Of a DNA stretch of 64,000 bases, positions 43,492-56,549 are shown piece by piece. The position numbers and the translations under genes were made by a program. The stretch is from the human T2T-CHM13v2.0 reference genome, Homo sapiens, in the NCBI RefSeq assembly GCF_009914755.1, contig NC_060934.1; one strand, 5' to 3'. Below the pieces are notes generated by a model. It worked only from the letters and a program-made list of their open reading frames with translations, searched no databases and was not told the DNA's origin. How positions within the stretch are numbered: position 1 is the first letter of the stretch; the number at the start of each line of letters is the position of its first letter.

Positions 43492-45732
43492 TTATCAATT
43501 ATATTATATGCAAATGGATTAAACATGCCAATCAAAACACAGAGATCATCAGAATGGATGAAAATATGATCTATCTATATGTAACTTACGAGAGACATAT
43601 TTTGAATTCAGAGACACGAATAGAACAAATGATAATCGAAAGAAAACTGGAGTGGCTATACTCATATTACACAAAACAAACTTTAAGACAAAAATTGTTA
43701 CTAGGGGCAAAGAAGGACATTTTAAAATAATAAAAGAGTCAATCCATCAAGAAGATATGGTCATTATACCACTGATGTCAGCAAGAGGGTTGGCTAGAGT
43801 TGCCTGGGACTTTTTCTCCCTGACAAAAAGGGACCAAAACAATGAATAAACAACTGGAGTGACTAAGGAAGTATGCTGGACAGCACCTAAGGATAGGAAA
43901 ACCCCATGGAGCATGGAAGTCCAGGATAGCATCATAGAGAGAGGAGTGGCACACCCTGCATCTGTAGCACTGTCTTCCCCACCAGGATTGGCTAGGAGTC
44001 AGGGGGTACTTTTTCTTACAGGGAGAAGGTAAGTTGGAGATCCCTAGTGGTCCTCATAGCCACTACAGACACCAGCAGTTCTTGCTAGAAAAGAGTCTCT
44101 CAGTCCTCACAGGCCCTGAATCCAGTTTGGGGAGTTCTGGAAGTTTCTGTGCTGCACTGCCCTGGAGGAAGAGCCCAAGTTGGGCACTACCTATCCCCAC
44201 AGCCTGAGCTGCTATGACATGGTGCCATCTTCAAGCTGGACACACTGCTAGAGTGCATCCTGCCCTAGGGGCTGGTGGCCACTGCCTTTCTCCATCCATA
44301 AGACCCTGTTATCATTCCAACATGTTCACATAGGTGACTGTGACACCATAACCACAGCTTCATGGAGCCTAGAACCAATGGAATAATGGAGACTCTGGTG
44401 GTCAAACCCACAGAGCACTCCTTGCCACCCCAATTCCCAGGAACAGGTGAACCTGTATAGTAGGAATGCCACTGATCAGGCAGCCAGCCTGTCACACCTA
44501 CACAGAGTCGTGCTGCACAGCTGGCAAACCTGCTGTGCCTGCACACACCCATGCGAAGCCTGACAGCTAGCAAAGCAGCAGCCCAACCTCACAGAGAGAC
44601 CAACCAGCCTGCCACACTAGCATGCACTCATGCCCAGCTGTACAGCCAGTATAGCAGTGGTCCTACCTTCCCAGAGAGCCCACTGCATAGCTGGTTAGAC
44701 TGCTATACCTGTAAGTGCCCAGCTTGACAGCAAGGCTGGCAGCATGAAAAGCCCCCACTAGAAAGCCCACCACATAGTCTGCTGGCCCACCATGCCCAAA
44801 CATGCCTGACCTAAAACCTGCCCAGACTCCCCACCCTCCAGCAAAACCATGCCACTGCCATCACAAACTTCTGCAGTTTAGGCCACTGAGGCAATCAGAG
44901 ACATTACTGGTGAGATTACAGCTGAAAAAAAAAACACACAGAGACCACAGTACTGAGTCCACCCAGAGCCAAAGCTAACACAATGCCCAATCAACACCCT
45001 AGAACCCATCTACAGGAAAGCCTCTCCCTGTAAAAGTAAGTCTAGAGAATTGGAAAAAGCAACTGTTCCACTAGATGCACAGATATCAACATAGGAACAC
45101 AAGAAACATAAAAAACCCAAAAGAACAATATAAGTTTCCAGTAATAGATCTTGAAGAAATGGATATTTACAAAATACCTAAAAAGGGATTCAAAATAATG
45201 ATCTTAAGGAATATCAGTGAGATACAATAGTATACAGACAACTCAATAAAATCAGGAAAGCAATTCATGATCTGAATAAGAAATTCAACAAAGGGAGAGT
45301 TATCGTTAAAAAAAAAAAAAAAAGAAAGAAATCTTGGACCTGAAGAACTCAATGAATGAAATAAAAATACAATTGAGAGCTTCAACAACAGACTAGATCA
45401 GGCAGAAAATAAGAATTTCTGAACTTGAAAACAGGTCTCTTAAAACAACCCAGTGAGAGAGAGGGGAAAAAAAGAACAATAAAGAGAATAAGAAACGCTA
45501 TGGGAGTTATAGGACACCATTAAGCATATAAATATTCACATTATAGAGGTGTCAGAAGGAGAAAAGATTAAGGCACAGAAAACCTATTTAACAAAATAAT
45601 AGCTAAAAACTTCCCAAGTCTTGGAAGAGATATGGATATCCACAGACAGGAAACTCAAAGACACCAGTTAGATTCAGCCCAAAAAGATCTTCTCCAAGGC
45701 ACATTATAATCAAACTGTCAAAAGTCACAAAG

Positions 45733-46624
45733 TGGGACCTTTTCCTCTCAGAAGTCCCTCTCTCTCACTAGAGAGAGAGTTGTTCTCCTTTCTCTTTCTT
45801 CTTTCTATTAAACCTCCGCTCCTAAACTCCTCGTGTATGTCTGTGTCCCAAATTTTCTTGGCATGAGAAGATGAACCCTGGGTATTTACCCCAGATGACA
45901 AAGCTGCTTCATAATGGGGGAATTATCCAGGATCCTAAGGTGCAACATTCATGAAAACGGTAAGAAGAGGACAGAACTCCAACTCTGTCCTTTCATTTTA
46001 GGGCTCTCGGCCTCCATTTTAAACCAAATCAAATCAACAACGGGCATCCTTCAGCCATTTAAGAATACAATTAGCATGGCTGCCATTCTTAAAGACTTGG
46101 ATGTGAGGCTTGCTGGGGAGAACATGGAGAATCCCCCAGTACCCACAAGGGGCATATTGCTGGGCATATTGGCCATGTTTGAACCAGCTTCATTTCATGG
46201 AGGACATAGCCATCACATGGGGCTGGAAGAGGTCCTGGAGCAACTGAGGATTTCTGGCTGGGGCTACCCGCTGGTGTTATCCAAAGACTTCTGGACTGAC
46301 CCCAGCCTCTGACCAACCAATGCTGTGTCAGCCACAGGATCTCCAACTTTCCTATCATAATTTCCTCCTTTCCTGTAAGCAACCACCATGTCTCCTATCC
46401 TCCTTGTGTATGCAATGTGCAGGAAGTTTTACAGTTCAGGGAAATAATCTATGGGCCCTACATAAATCAGACACTGCCCCTTCAAGCCTGCCTACAAAAT
46501 CCAGTGAATTCTGCCACTGGCTGGCCTTTTCTTCTTGGAAGCCCCTCTGTTTCAGTAGAGAGAAAGCTGTTCTCCTTTCTCTTTCTTCTGCCTATTAAAC
46601 CTCTGCTTCTAAACTCAAAAAAAA
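45733..46624 (+). mobile_element. L1-retrotransposed ERV1 (MER50-like) transcript: R-U5-PBS-leader...U3-R-poly(A)
   Basis: Terminal R repeat (45738-45829 vs 46525-46616, 79/92 identical), LTR end TTCA 45911, tRNA-Pro-like PBS, ATTAAA 46594 then poly(A), TSD AAAAGTCACAAAG. Confidence 0.85.
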
Positions 46625-46739
46625 AAAAGTCACAAAGAGGAAATTCTAAAAGCTATGAGAGAAAAGCATCTCATTAGACTATCAGCAGACTTCTCAGCAG
46701 AAACATTGCAGGCCAGGAGAGAATGTTTCAAAGTGCTCA

Positions 46740-47219
<480 letters not shown>

Positions 47220-47733
47220 TTACAATTATGAAAACACATGAAAATATAAAATTCACCAGTAGAGGTAAATTCATAATCAAACTCAGAATGCCCTAATGCT
47301 ATAATGGTGCTATGTAAATCTTTCAATTCTCTGGTATGAAAGTTTGAATCCAAAATGGTCAAAAAGAACAACAACTACAATTAGTGACTAAAGAACACAC
47401 AATAGATAAAGATATAAATTAAGGCAACAAAAGTAAGGGTAAGGAGGGATGTCTAGAGTATTTGTAAGCAACCAAAGTTAGGTCGTTATCAGCTTAAAAT
47501 AGCCTATTATAAGACTCTTTATGCTACCCCATGGTAACCACAAAGAAAGAAATACAAAAGTGAGAAAGAAAGAGGAAACAAAGCTCAACACCACAGAAAA
47601 AAAACACCAAAGCACAGAGGTAAACAACAAGAAAGGAAGAAAAATGAAGGATCTACAAAACAACTGGAAAACAATTAACAAAATGGCAGGAATAAGTCCT
47701 TACCAATCAATAATAACCTTGAATTTAGTCAAT

Positions 47734-47852
47734 AGCTCACACCTGTGATCCTAATGCTTTAGAAGGCTGAAGCAGGAGGATTGCTTGAGGTCAGGAGCTC
47801 AAGAGCAGCCTATGCAACATGGCAAGACATCATCTCAAAAAAAAAAAAAAAA
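47734..47852 (+). mobile_element. Alu monomer (FLAM-like) followed by a GA-rich tract to ~47995
   Basis: Single arm ending in poly(A). Confidence 0.85.
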
Positions 47853-48229
47853 TGGAGGGGGAGGAGGAGGAGAGAAGGAGAGCAGGAAAGAAGGAAGGAA
47901 GGAGAAAGAAAGAAGAAAGAAAGAAAAAAGAAGAAAGAATAAAAGAAGAAAAGAAAAGAGAGAGAGAGGGTGGGAAGGAAAAGAAGAAAGAAGAAACCCT
48001 TCTTAGCTTATTCTATGAGGTTAGTATTATCCTAGTATCAAAACCAAAGATATTACTGAAAAATAAAACTGTAGATCAAAATTCCTTATGAATATAGACG
48101 CAAAACTCCTCAATATGATTCTAGCAAAGTGAATCCAGCAACATATAAAAAGAATTATACAATATGACCAAATGAGATTTATCATAGAAACGTAAGATTG
48201 GCTTAACATATGAAAATCAATTACATTTA

Positions 48230-48553
<324 letters not shown>

Positions 48554-49181
48554 AATACAATCTTAGAAATAAATTAAACAAAAAGAGCAAGACTCATACA
48601 CTGAAAACAGCAAAACATTACTGAAAAAAATTAAAGAAGACCTAAATAAATGGAAAGACAGTTTGTGTTCACAGAAGACTAATCTGGTTATGATGGCAAT
48701 ATTCCCTAACTTGATTTGTATATTCAGTGCAATTCTTGTCAAAATCCTAGCTATAGAAATTGTAGAAATTGACAGGCTGACACTAAAATGCATATGGAAA
48801 TGCAAGGGACACAGAATAGCTAAAACAATATTTGAAAAAAAGAACTAAAGAACTCTTCTAAAAAACAAATAACTGAATTGAAAAATTGGTAAAGAATTTT
48901 AATAGAATTTCTCCAATGATGATATACAAATGGTCAATAAGCACATTAAAAGATGTTCAACATCATTAATCATTATGAAAATGCAAATCAAAACCACAGT
49001 GAGACACCACTCCACACCCACTAGGATGGCTATAATAAAAAACCTGGAAAAACAAGACAGAACAAAAAAATGAAAATCAAGGATATGAAAACATCTGGAA
49101 CCCTAATAAACTGCTAATGAGAATGTGAATTGGTGCAGCCACTTTAAAAAACAGTTTAGCAGTTCCTCAAAGTTAAGCATA

Positions 49182-49449
49182 CACTTTGGGAGGCCAAGGC
49201 AGGAGGATCATTTGAGCCCAGGAGTCCAAGACCAGCCTGGGCAGCATGGTGAGACTACATCTCTACAGAAAAGTTTTTAAAAATTAGCTGAGCATGGTTG
49301 TGCATGCCTGTAGTCCCAGCTACTCAGGAGGCTGAGGTGGGAGAAGCACTTGAGCACAGGAGGCTGAGGCTACAATGAGTCATGTTTATGCCACTGCACT
49401 CCAGCCTAGGTGACAAAGTGAGACCTTATCTCAAAAAAAAAAAAAAAAA
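49182..49449 (+). mobile_element. 5'-truncated AluJ-like element
   Basis: TSD AAAGTTAAGCATA / AAAGTTACGCATA. Confidence 0.93.
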
Positions 49450-49589
49450 AAAGTTACGCATAGAGTTATCAGATGGCCCAGAAATTCCACCCCTGGGTAT
49501 ATGTGAAATGGAAATGAAAACATGTTCACACAAAAACTTGTACACTAATGTTCACAGCAGCATTACTTAGTAGTTAAAAATTATAAACA

Positions 49590-49887
49590 GGCCATGCACC
49601 ATGGCTCACATCTGTAATCCCAGCACTTTGGGGGGCCGAGGTAGGCGGATCACCTGGGGTCAGGAGTTTGAGACCAGCCTGGCCAACATGGTGAAACCCC
49701 GTCTCCACTAAAAAATACAAAAAAAATTAGCCAGGTGTGGTGGTGGGTGTCTGTAGTCCCAGGTACTCTGGAGGCTGAGGCGGAGTATCGCTTGAACCCA
49801 GGAGGTGGAGGTTGCAGCAAGCCGAGATTGTGCCAGTACATGCCAGCCTGGGCAACAGAGCAAGTCTCTGTCTCTAAAAAAAAAAAA
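49590..49887 (+). mobile_element. AluS
   Basis: Full Alu; TATAAACA on both flanks. Confidence 0.95.
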
Positions 49888-50010
49888 GTATAAACAACCC
49901 AGATGCCTATCAACTAATGAATGGATAAACAAAATACAGTATACCCACACAGTAGAATATTATTCACCCAAAAAAAAGGAATGAAGTCCTGATCCATGCT
50001 ACAACATCGA

Positions 50011-50284
50011 TTTTTTTTTTTTTTGAGACAGGATCTTGCTAAATCACCCAGGCTGTAACTGCAGCCTCAACCTCCCTAGCTCAGGTAATTCTCCCACCTC
50101 AGCCTCCAGAGCAGCTAGGACCACAGGTGTGAGCCAACCACGCCTGGCTAATTTTGTTTAAATTTTTGCAGAGACAGATCTCACTATGTTGCCCGGGCTG
50201 GTCTTGAACCCCTAAGCTCAAGCAATTCTCCTGCCTTAGCCTCCCAAAGTGCTGAGATTACAGGTGTGAGTTACCACACTGTGC
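50011..50284 (-). mobile_element. AluJ-like with internal deletion
   Basis: Poly(T) then antisense Alu body. Confidence 0.9.
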
Positions 50285-51017
50285 CATAATAGGATAGTTT
50301 TCATCTACTTCTCTCAGACTAAGTAAACAAAAAGAGATAACAATATAGATTATAATTAGTAAATAAGTTTTATTGATTAGTTATAGGCATCACACTGCCA
50401 AAACAGAAGATTACTTTCTTTTAAAACCTTATTCAATCTATTATAAAAAGCAGAAATCATGAAGGTTTCATTCACTGTGTCCAAAATGCAATCGATTTAG
50501 AAATGAATAACAAGGATATTTAAAGAATACATGTATTTTTATTCATGTGTACATTTTTAAGCAGTATTTTTAGTAACTAGATAAAGAAGCAATCAAAACA
50601 AATTATAAATTACTTTAAAATATGTGACACTAAGAACACACAAAATTTATACATGAAAACAAAATAGTGCAGGAAAATTTAAAACATTAATTTATTAATA
50701 AAAAAAGGATAAAAATAACCCAAAAGCTATAAAAAAGAATAACCAAAATATTCAATGAAAATAGAAGAAAAGAATTATTAAAGATAAAAACAGAAATTAA
50801 TTTAATAATAAACAAATGAAAGAAAAAGAGTAGTTATTTAGTAATATCCAAATCTGGTTCTTTGTAATGACTAATAAAATAGACAAAATTCTGATAAGTT
50901 TATATAATTAGAAAAAAAGGAAAACAAAACAAAAATAAAGAATATTAGAAATGAGAAAGTATATTACAAATTTGGGGGAGAATTTTTAATTTATGAGATA
51001 TTATTATATATAATTTT

Positions 51018-51301
51018 TTTTTAGATGGAGTCTCACTCTTTTGCCCAGGCTAGAGTGAAGTAGCACAATCTCGGCTCACTGCAACCTCCACCCCGCCGGG
51101 TTCAAGCAATTCTCTTGCCTCAGCCTTCCAAGTAGCTGGGATTACAGGCACCCACCACTACGCCCGGCTAATTTTTGTATAGTAGAGACGGGGTTTTGCC
51201 ATGTTGGCCAGGCTGGTCTGGAACTCCTGACCCTCAGGTGATCCACCCGCCTCAGCCTCCCAAAGTGCTAGGATTACAGGCATGAGCCATTGCACCTGGC
51301 C
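51018..51301 (-). mobile_element. AluS
   Basis: Antisense Alu flanked by a perfect 23-bp direct repeat. Confidence 0.96.
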
Positions 51302-52246
51302 GAGATATTATTATATATAATTTTATACCAATAAATTTGATGATGGTGAAATTGACGATTTTCAAGGAAAATAAAGTATACTAGAATTAGCACAATTAAG
51401 GGGTAGATAACCTGAATAAACAACTGTAAGAAGCATCAGAGATTTATTAATAGAAATAACTCCAGGCTCAAATGGTTTTACAGGCAAGTTCTACCAAATT
51501 TTTAAGAAACAGATAATTGCCATGGTACATCAACTATAAAAGTATATAAAAATAGATGAAAATTTTTTGAACTTAAACTATGAAGTTAACATAACCCTGT
51601 ACTTGACTAGACAAGAACAGCCCCCAAATTAGGCTGTAGGTCCACTCTGTTCAGGAATATAGAAACAAAAATCCCTAATAATATGTTGTGAAATGAAATT
51701 CAACAATGCATTTCATGATTAATCCATGAGAATCAAGTGAGGTTTATGCCAGGAATGCAAGGACTATATTAATAGATTAATGAGGAAAAAATGAAAATTG
51801 TAATAGATGAAGGAAAAGTATTTGATACTTTTCAATACCCATAAATCAAAACTAATATAATCTTAACTAATTATGAATTTAAAAATGAAAGCTTCATTCA
51901 AGAATGAATATCTACAAGAATTTTACACAAACATCCTTCTTAATGGTGAAGTATTAGAGGTAACATTGTATTAGAAGTCCTAGTCAATGGAATAACAAAT
52001 TAAAAAATTAAAAGTATAAATAGTGGAAAGAACAAGACAAACATCTTCAGTTGTAAATATTATGACACTTTTCTAGAAAAATCCCAAGAGCACAGATTAA
52101 TGAATCATTAAAATTAATAAAAGGGTTTAGCACAGTAGCCAGATACAATATTATGAACAAAATTTAATATTTTTTCTATATCAGTAAAAACCAGTGGGAA
52201 AATATTGTATGGGGGGAAATTCCCTTCAGAAGGTTATCAAACCTAA

Positions 52247-52353
52247 AAGAAAGGAAGGAAGGGAAGGAAGGAAATGGAAGGAAGGGAAGGAAGTGAAGGA
52301 AGGGAAGGAAGGGAAGGAAAGGAAGGGAAGGAAGGGAAGGAAGGGAAGGAAGG
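52247..52353 (+). repeat. (GGAA/GGGAA)n purine tract
   Basis: Mixed AAGG/AAGGG units. Confidence 0.92.
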
Positions 52354-53827
52354 GCAGCCTAGCAATTAACCAAACAAGAAATATGGAATTCCAGCTTCTG
52401 ATAATGACCAAGGAAGCTCTAAATGAACCAACCCTTCCACAGGTAAAACAATAACCTTTGGAAAAAATATGAAAAAAAAACAAATACTTGAGGGCACTGG
52501 GAAAAGACCAAAAGCAGGTAGATTTTGGAGCGGAGTTGACAGTTAAAATATAGGAATGACACTGGGTGAGTTTCACATTTTCATGGCTTCAAGCCTGACA
52601 GCAGGCTTCAGTCTATGCCATATAGGGTGACTAAAACATCAAAATTGCAGTCTTTCTGACTTGAAAACCTAGAAGACAGAGTTCAGGACAAATATAGCCA
52701 CTATACAATGAGGCAGTAATACCAGAAAAGAGAGAGTCACAGAGGTAGTGACTAACTTTCGTATATAAACTCTACTTAAATCCCTGCCTGACCCCTGGAC
52801 CACACATATGTGGACAGACTTCAGCAGCCAGCTAAGGCTAAAAGAACTAAACTGAAATTTAATCTGTCACCAAAGACACAAGGACACGATGTTTATAATT
52901 TGAGTCAAACCAAATACATTGCATGCTAAAACAACAACATCAAGGTTCTTCATAGGACTGTAACAAAATCTAGATCTCCATAGCATAGCATTTATAATGC
53001 CCAATAGACAATAAAAAATTACTTGATACCCAAATAAACAGAAAATGTGGCTCACTCTCATGAAAAATGTTGATAAATACAAAACAACCCCAAGATGACC
53101 CAGATGTTTAAATTAGCAAGAAGGATTTTAAAACAGCTAGTATAACTATGCTTAAGGGTATAAAGGAAAATGTGCTCACAATAAATGATAAATAGAAAAT
53201 CTCAGCAGATAAATAAAAACTACAGAAAAAAAAACCCAAATGGAAATACTAAAACTGAACAATACAATATCTGGAAAACAATTACAGCAAATTGAGGAAG
53301 ATGGACAAAAGCAGCAATGAGCGTAAAAATAGATCAATAGAATTATACAATCTGAAGAGCACAGAGAAAAACATTTTTTAATGAACAGAGACTTAGTGAT
53401 ATGTGGGACTATATCAAAAGGTTTAACATCCATGTAATTGGAGTTGCACAAAAGAAGGAGAGAGAATGGAGCAGAAAAAATATTTTAAGAAATTATGACC
53501 AAAATTTTCTTAATATGATAAAAGAAGTAAATTTATATATTCGAGAAGCTCAATGCATCCCCAAAAGAATAAAAAATCCACACCTAGGAAGATCATAATC
53601 AACCTTCTGCAAACAAAAAAAAGATAAAATTTTTAAAGTGACCAGATACAAGTGACACATATAAACATTGAACAATTATTTGAATGACTGCTGACATCAT
53701 AAATCATGAAGGCCAAAAGACAATGCAACAATATCTTTAAAATGTTTCAGAAAAACCTATCAACAAAGAATTCTATAATATTCATCATGTCAAGAATGAA
53801 AGCGAAAAACAGATATTTTCAGATAAG

Positions 53828-54158
53828 AGTCGGACACGGTAGCTCACACCTGTAATCCCAGCACTTTGGGATGCCCAGGCAAAAGGGTGGCTTGAGCCCA
53901 GAAGTTCAAGACCAACCTAGGCAACACAGGGAGACCCTGTCTCTGCAAAAAAATTTTTAAAAAAAAGGTGGGCATGGTGGCACACACCTGTGGCCCCAGC
54001 TACTCAGCAGGCTGAGGTGGGAGGATTGCCTGAGCCCAGAAGTTCAAGCCTCCAGTGAGCCATGATTGCATCACTGCACTCCAGCCTGGCCAACAGAGCA
54101 AAACCCTTTCTCAAAAAAAAAAGAAAATAAAAGAAAAAGAACAAAAGAAAGAAAGAAA
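53828..54158 (+). mobile_element. AluJ-like
   Basis: Diverged full Alu with A-rich tail. Confidence 0.92.
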
Positions 54159-56549
54159 CTAAGAACCAACAGAATCACATTATAAGAAATGCTAAAGGAA
54201 AAAAATGATTCCAGATGAAATGGAAATTTAGATTTTCAGGAATTGTGACAAGCATTGGAAATGGCAAATATCTAGGTAAATATAACATAATATTTTTCTC
54301 TTTTTTTTCAACTACAAAAAATGGTTTTAAAAATCATGACATGTGATCCATAACATATGTAAAGGCAACACATATGACAACTACATAGCATAATGGATGA
54401 GAAGGCATGATTGGATCTATACAGTTGCAAGATTTTAGGGTTCACATAAAGTAGTACAATACTAACTTCCATTAGTTGTAGTAGAACAATACTCCAACTG
54501 TGAAGATTTGAAGAAATATGTTGTAAGCCCTAGAGGAACTATTTAAAAAGTAACACAAAGAGTAATATAAAAAGTAATATAAAGAGGAATAGCTAGAAAG
54601 TTAATAGATAAATTAAAATAGAAGTCCAAACAGTTTTAATACAATCCAAAAGAAAGCAAGAGAAATGGAAGAACACAGAGGAGGCAAACAGAAGTAAATG
54701 TAACCTGCCTATGAAAAAGAACTCTAACTCCTTACTGAAGCCATGAAAGAAGACTTAAATAAATAGAGAGACATTACATTTCTGAATGAATTGAATCAAT
54801 ACTGTAAAGCTGTCAATACTGTAAAGCTCCCACAAATTAAGTTATAAATTAAATGTAATTCAAAGCAAAATTTCTACAGAACTTGTTATGAAATTTGACA
54901 GAGTGATTGGAAATAATTTTCTGGCACAGAAAATAATATGTGAGAAGAGCAATGAAATGTTTTTAAAAGAATAATGCAAGGGAGACTTGCCCTGCAAGGT
55001 ATAAAAGCATCATATGTTGATACAGAGATATTTAAAATAGTGTGTTATACCAGAGAAAACTGAACGTAGGTAGGAACTTCAATAACATTAAGGAGTTGCT
55101 CTTAATTTTTCAGAGGTGATAATGGTATTACAGTTATATAGGAAAATGCCGTAATTTTTTATTTCAGAGCTGTATATGGAAGTATTCAGGGGTCAAATGG
55201 TATGATGTCTGAGATGTGCTTTAAAACAGTGCAGCAACTAGAGAGAGAGAAAAGGGATAGAGTAAGCATTTGTAAGGAAATATTGATAATTGCTGAAACT
55301 GCGATAGTGATATGTTGTATTTATGATACTATTTTCTCTATTTTATGTATGCTTGAAATTTTTCATAAGTAACAATATCTAAGTAACAGACTATTGATGG
55401 CTCAACCTAAGATAAATAAGTAATGGACTAGAAGAGATATCCAGAAACAGATCCATGTGTAAATGTGAGTGCTTACTATACAAAATGTTGGCATTTCGAA
55501 TCAGTGAAGGATGAACTATTCAGTATCTAGTGCTACACTAAATATCCATTTGTAAAAGTAAAATAAAATTAGCCCTTATTTCATCTTTTCCAAAATGAAC
55601 TCCAAAGGGATTAAGACAATTTTTTGAAAAAAAAATCTACTAGGGGAAAGAAAAAGATTATAATTCTAGAGTAGAATAGTTTTTTCTAAGAACATATAAA
55701 ATGTAGATGTCATAAGATTTAGAGAGTTGGCTTCATTAAAATTTAAAATTTCACTTTCCACAGACCTCCAAGGGCATTTTTAAACTATGAATGCATAGTA
55801 AAAAATGCATAGTAAAACATACATTCATGTTGTTGGAACATGTCATGAAAATCAAACAGTCATTGTGGTTGACCAATAACTTGCAGGTTCGGTAAGTTAA
55901 TTACACTAAGTATTATAGTTAAGAAGCACCAGTTTTTCTTCTAATACTATATTTGGAAAAATGGGGAGGCAAAAATAGTACAAGATAGAGATGCTCAATC
56001 TGTAGCTCATGAGGAAAAGATTCACGAATATACAGTAACTAATCAGAGATGGAGGTAACCTATCAACCAGAATGTGACAATGTAAGGAACTTTGGAATAG
56101 GCAGAAAAGAGGACTTGTTGTCTCTAATAAAAAGCTATGCATTTTTAGTGCACACTCTTACAGGTAATCTAAATCTAACTCTATCATTGCCTTTGAGCTA
56201 CTTTACAACTCTGTAAGTTGTAGATAACTGATATTAATGCAAAATAATTCTTGTATAAACATGAAAATTAATTATATTCAGTGAAAGTTCCATTGATTTT
56301 CCTCTTCCATTGTGCAGGAAGCCAGTTATTTTTCCATTTGCACTTTCATTTCAATATTTCTGATATATAAATATGTCTGTTGGATTATCCTTTCAACTGC
56401 TTATAATATCTTACCATTTCCTTCATTTAAAAAATTAATCAACTATAAGATTTAACACATGCTTATTTTTAAAAAAAAATTTTAACTGTTCTCTCTGGAA
56501 AGACACCATAAAGTTGAAGACAAACAGAAAAAAAAAAGTATAACTTTTT

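Noticed and set aside
45914-46312. 132-aa ORF in the ERV retrocopy
   Set aside because: Starts in the PBS/leader; no gag, pol or env motifs recognised
54796-55816. Small tandem duplications (TCAATACTGTAAAGCT x2, ATGCATAGTAAAA x2)
   Set aside because: Ordinary microduplications in decayed L1
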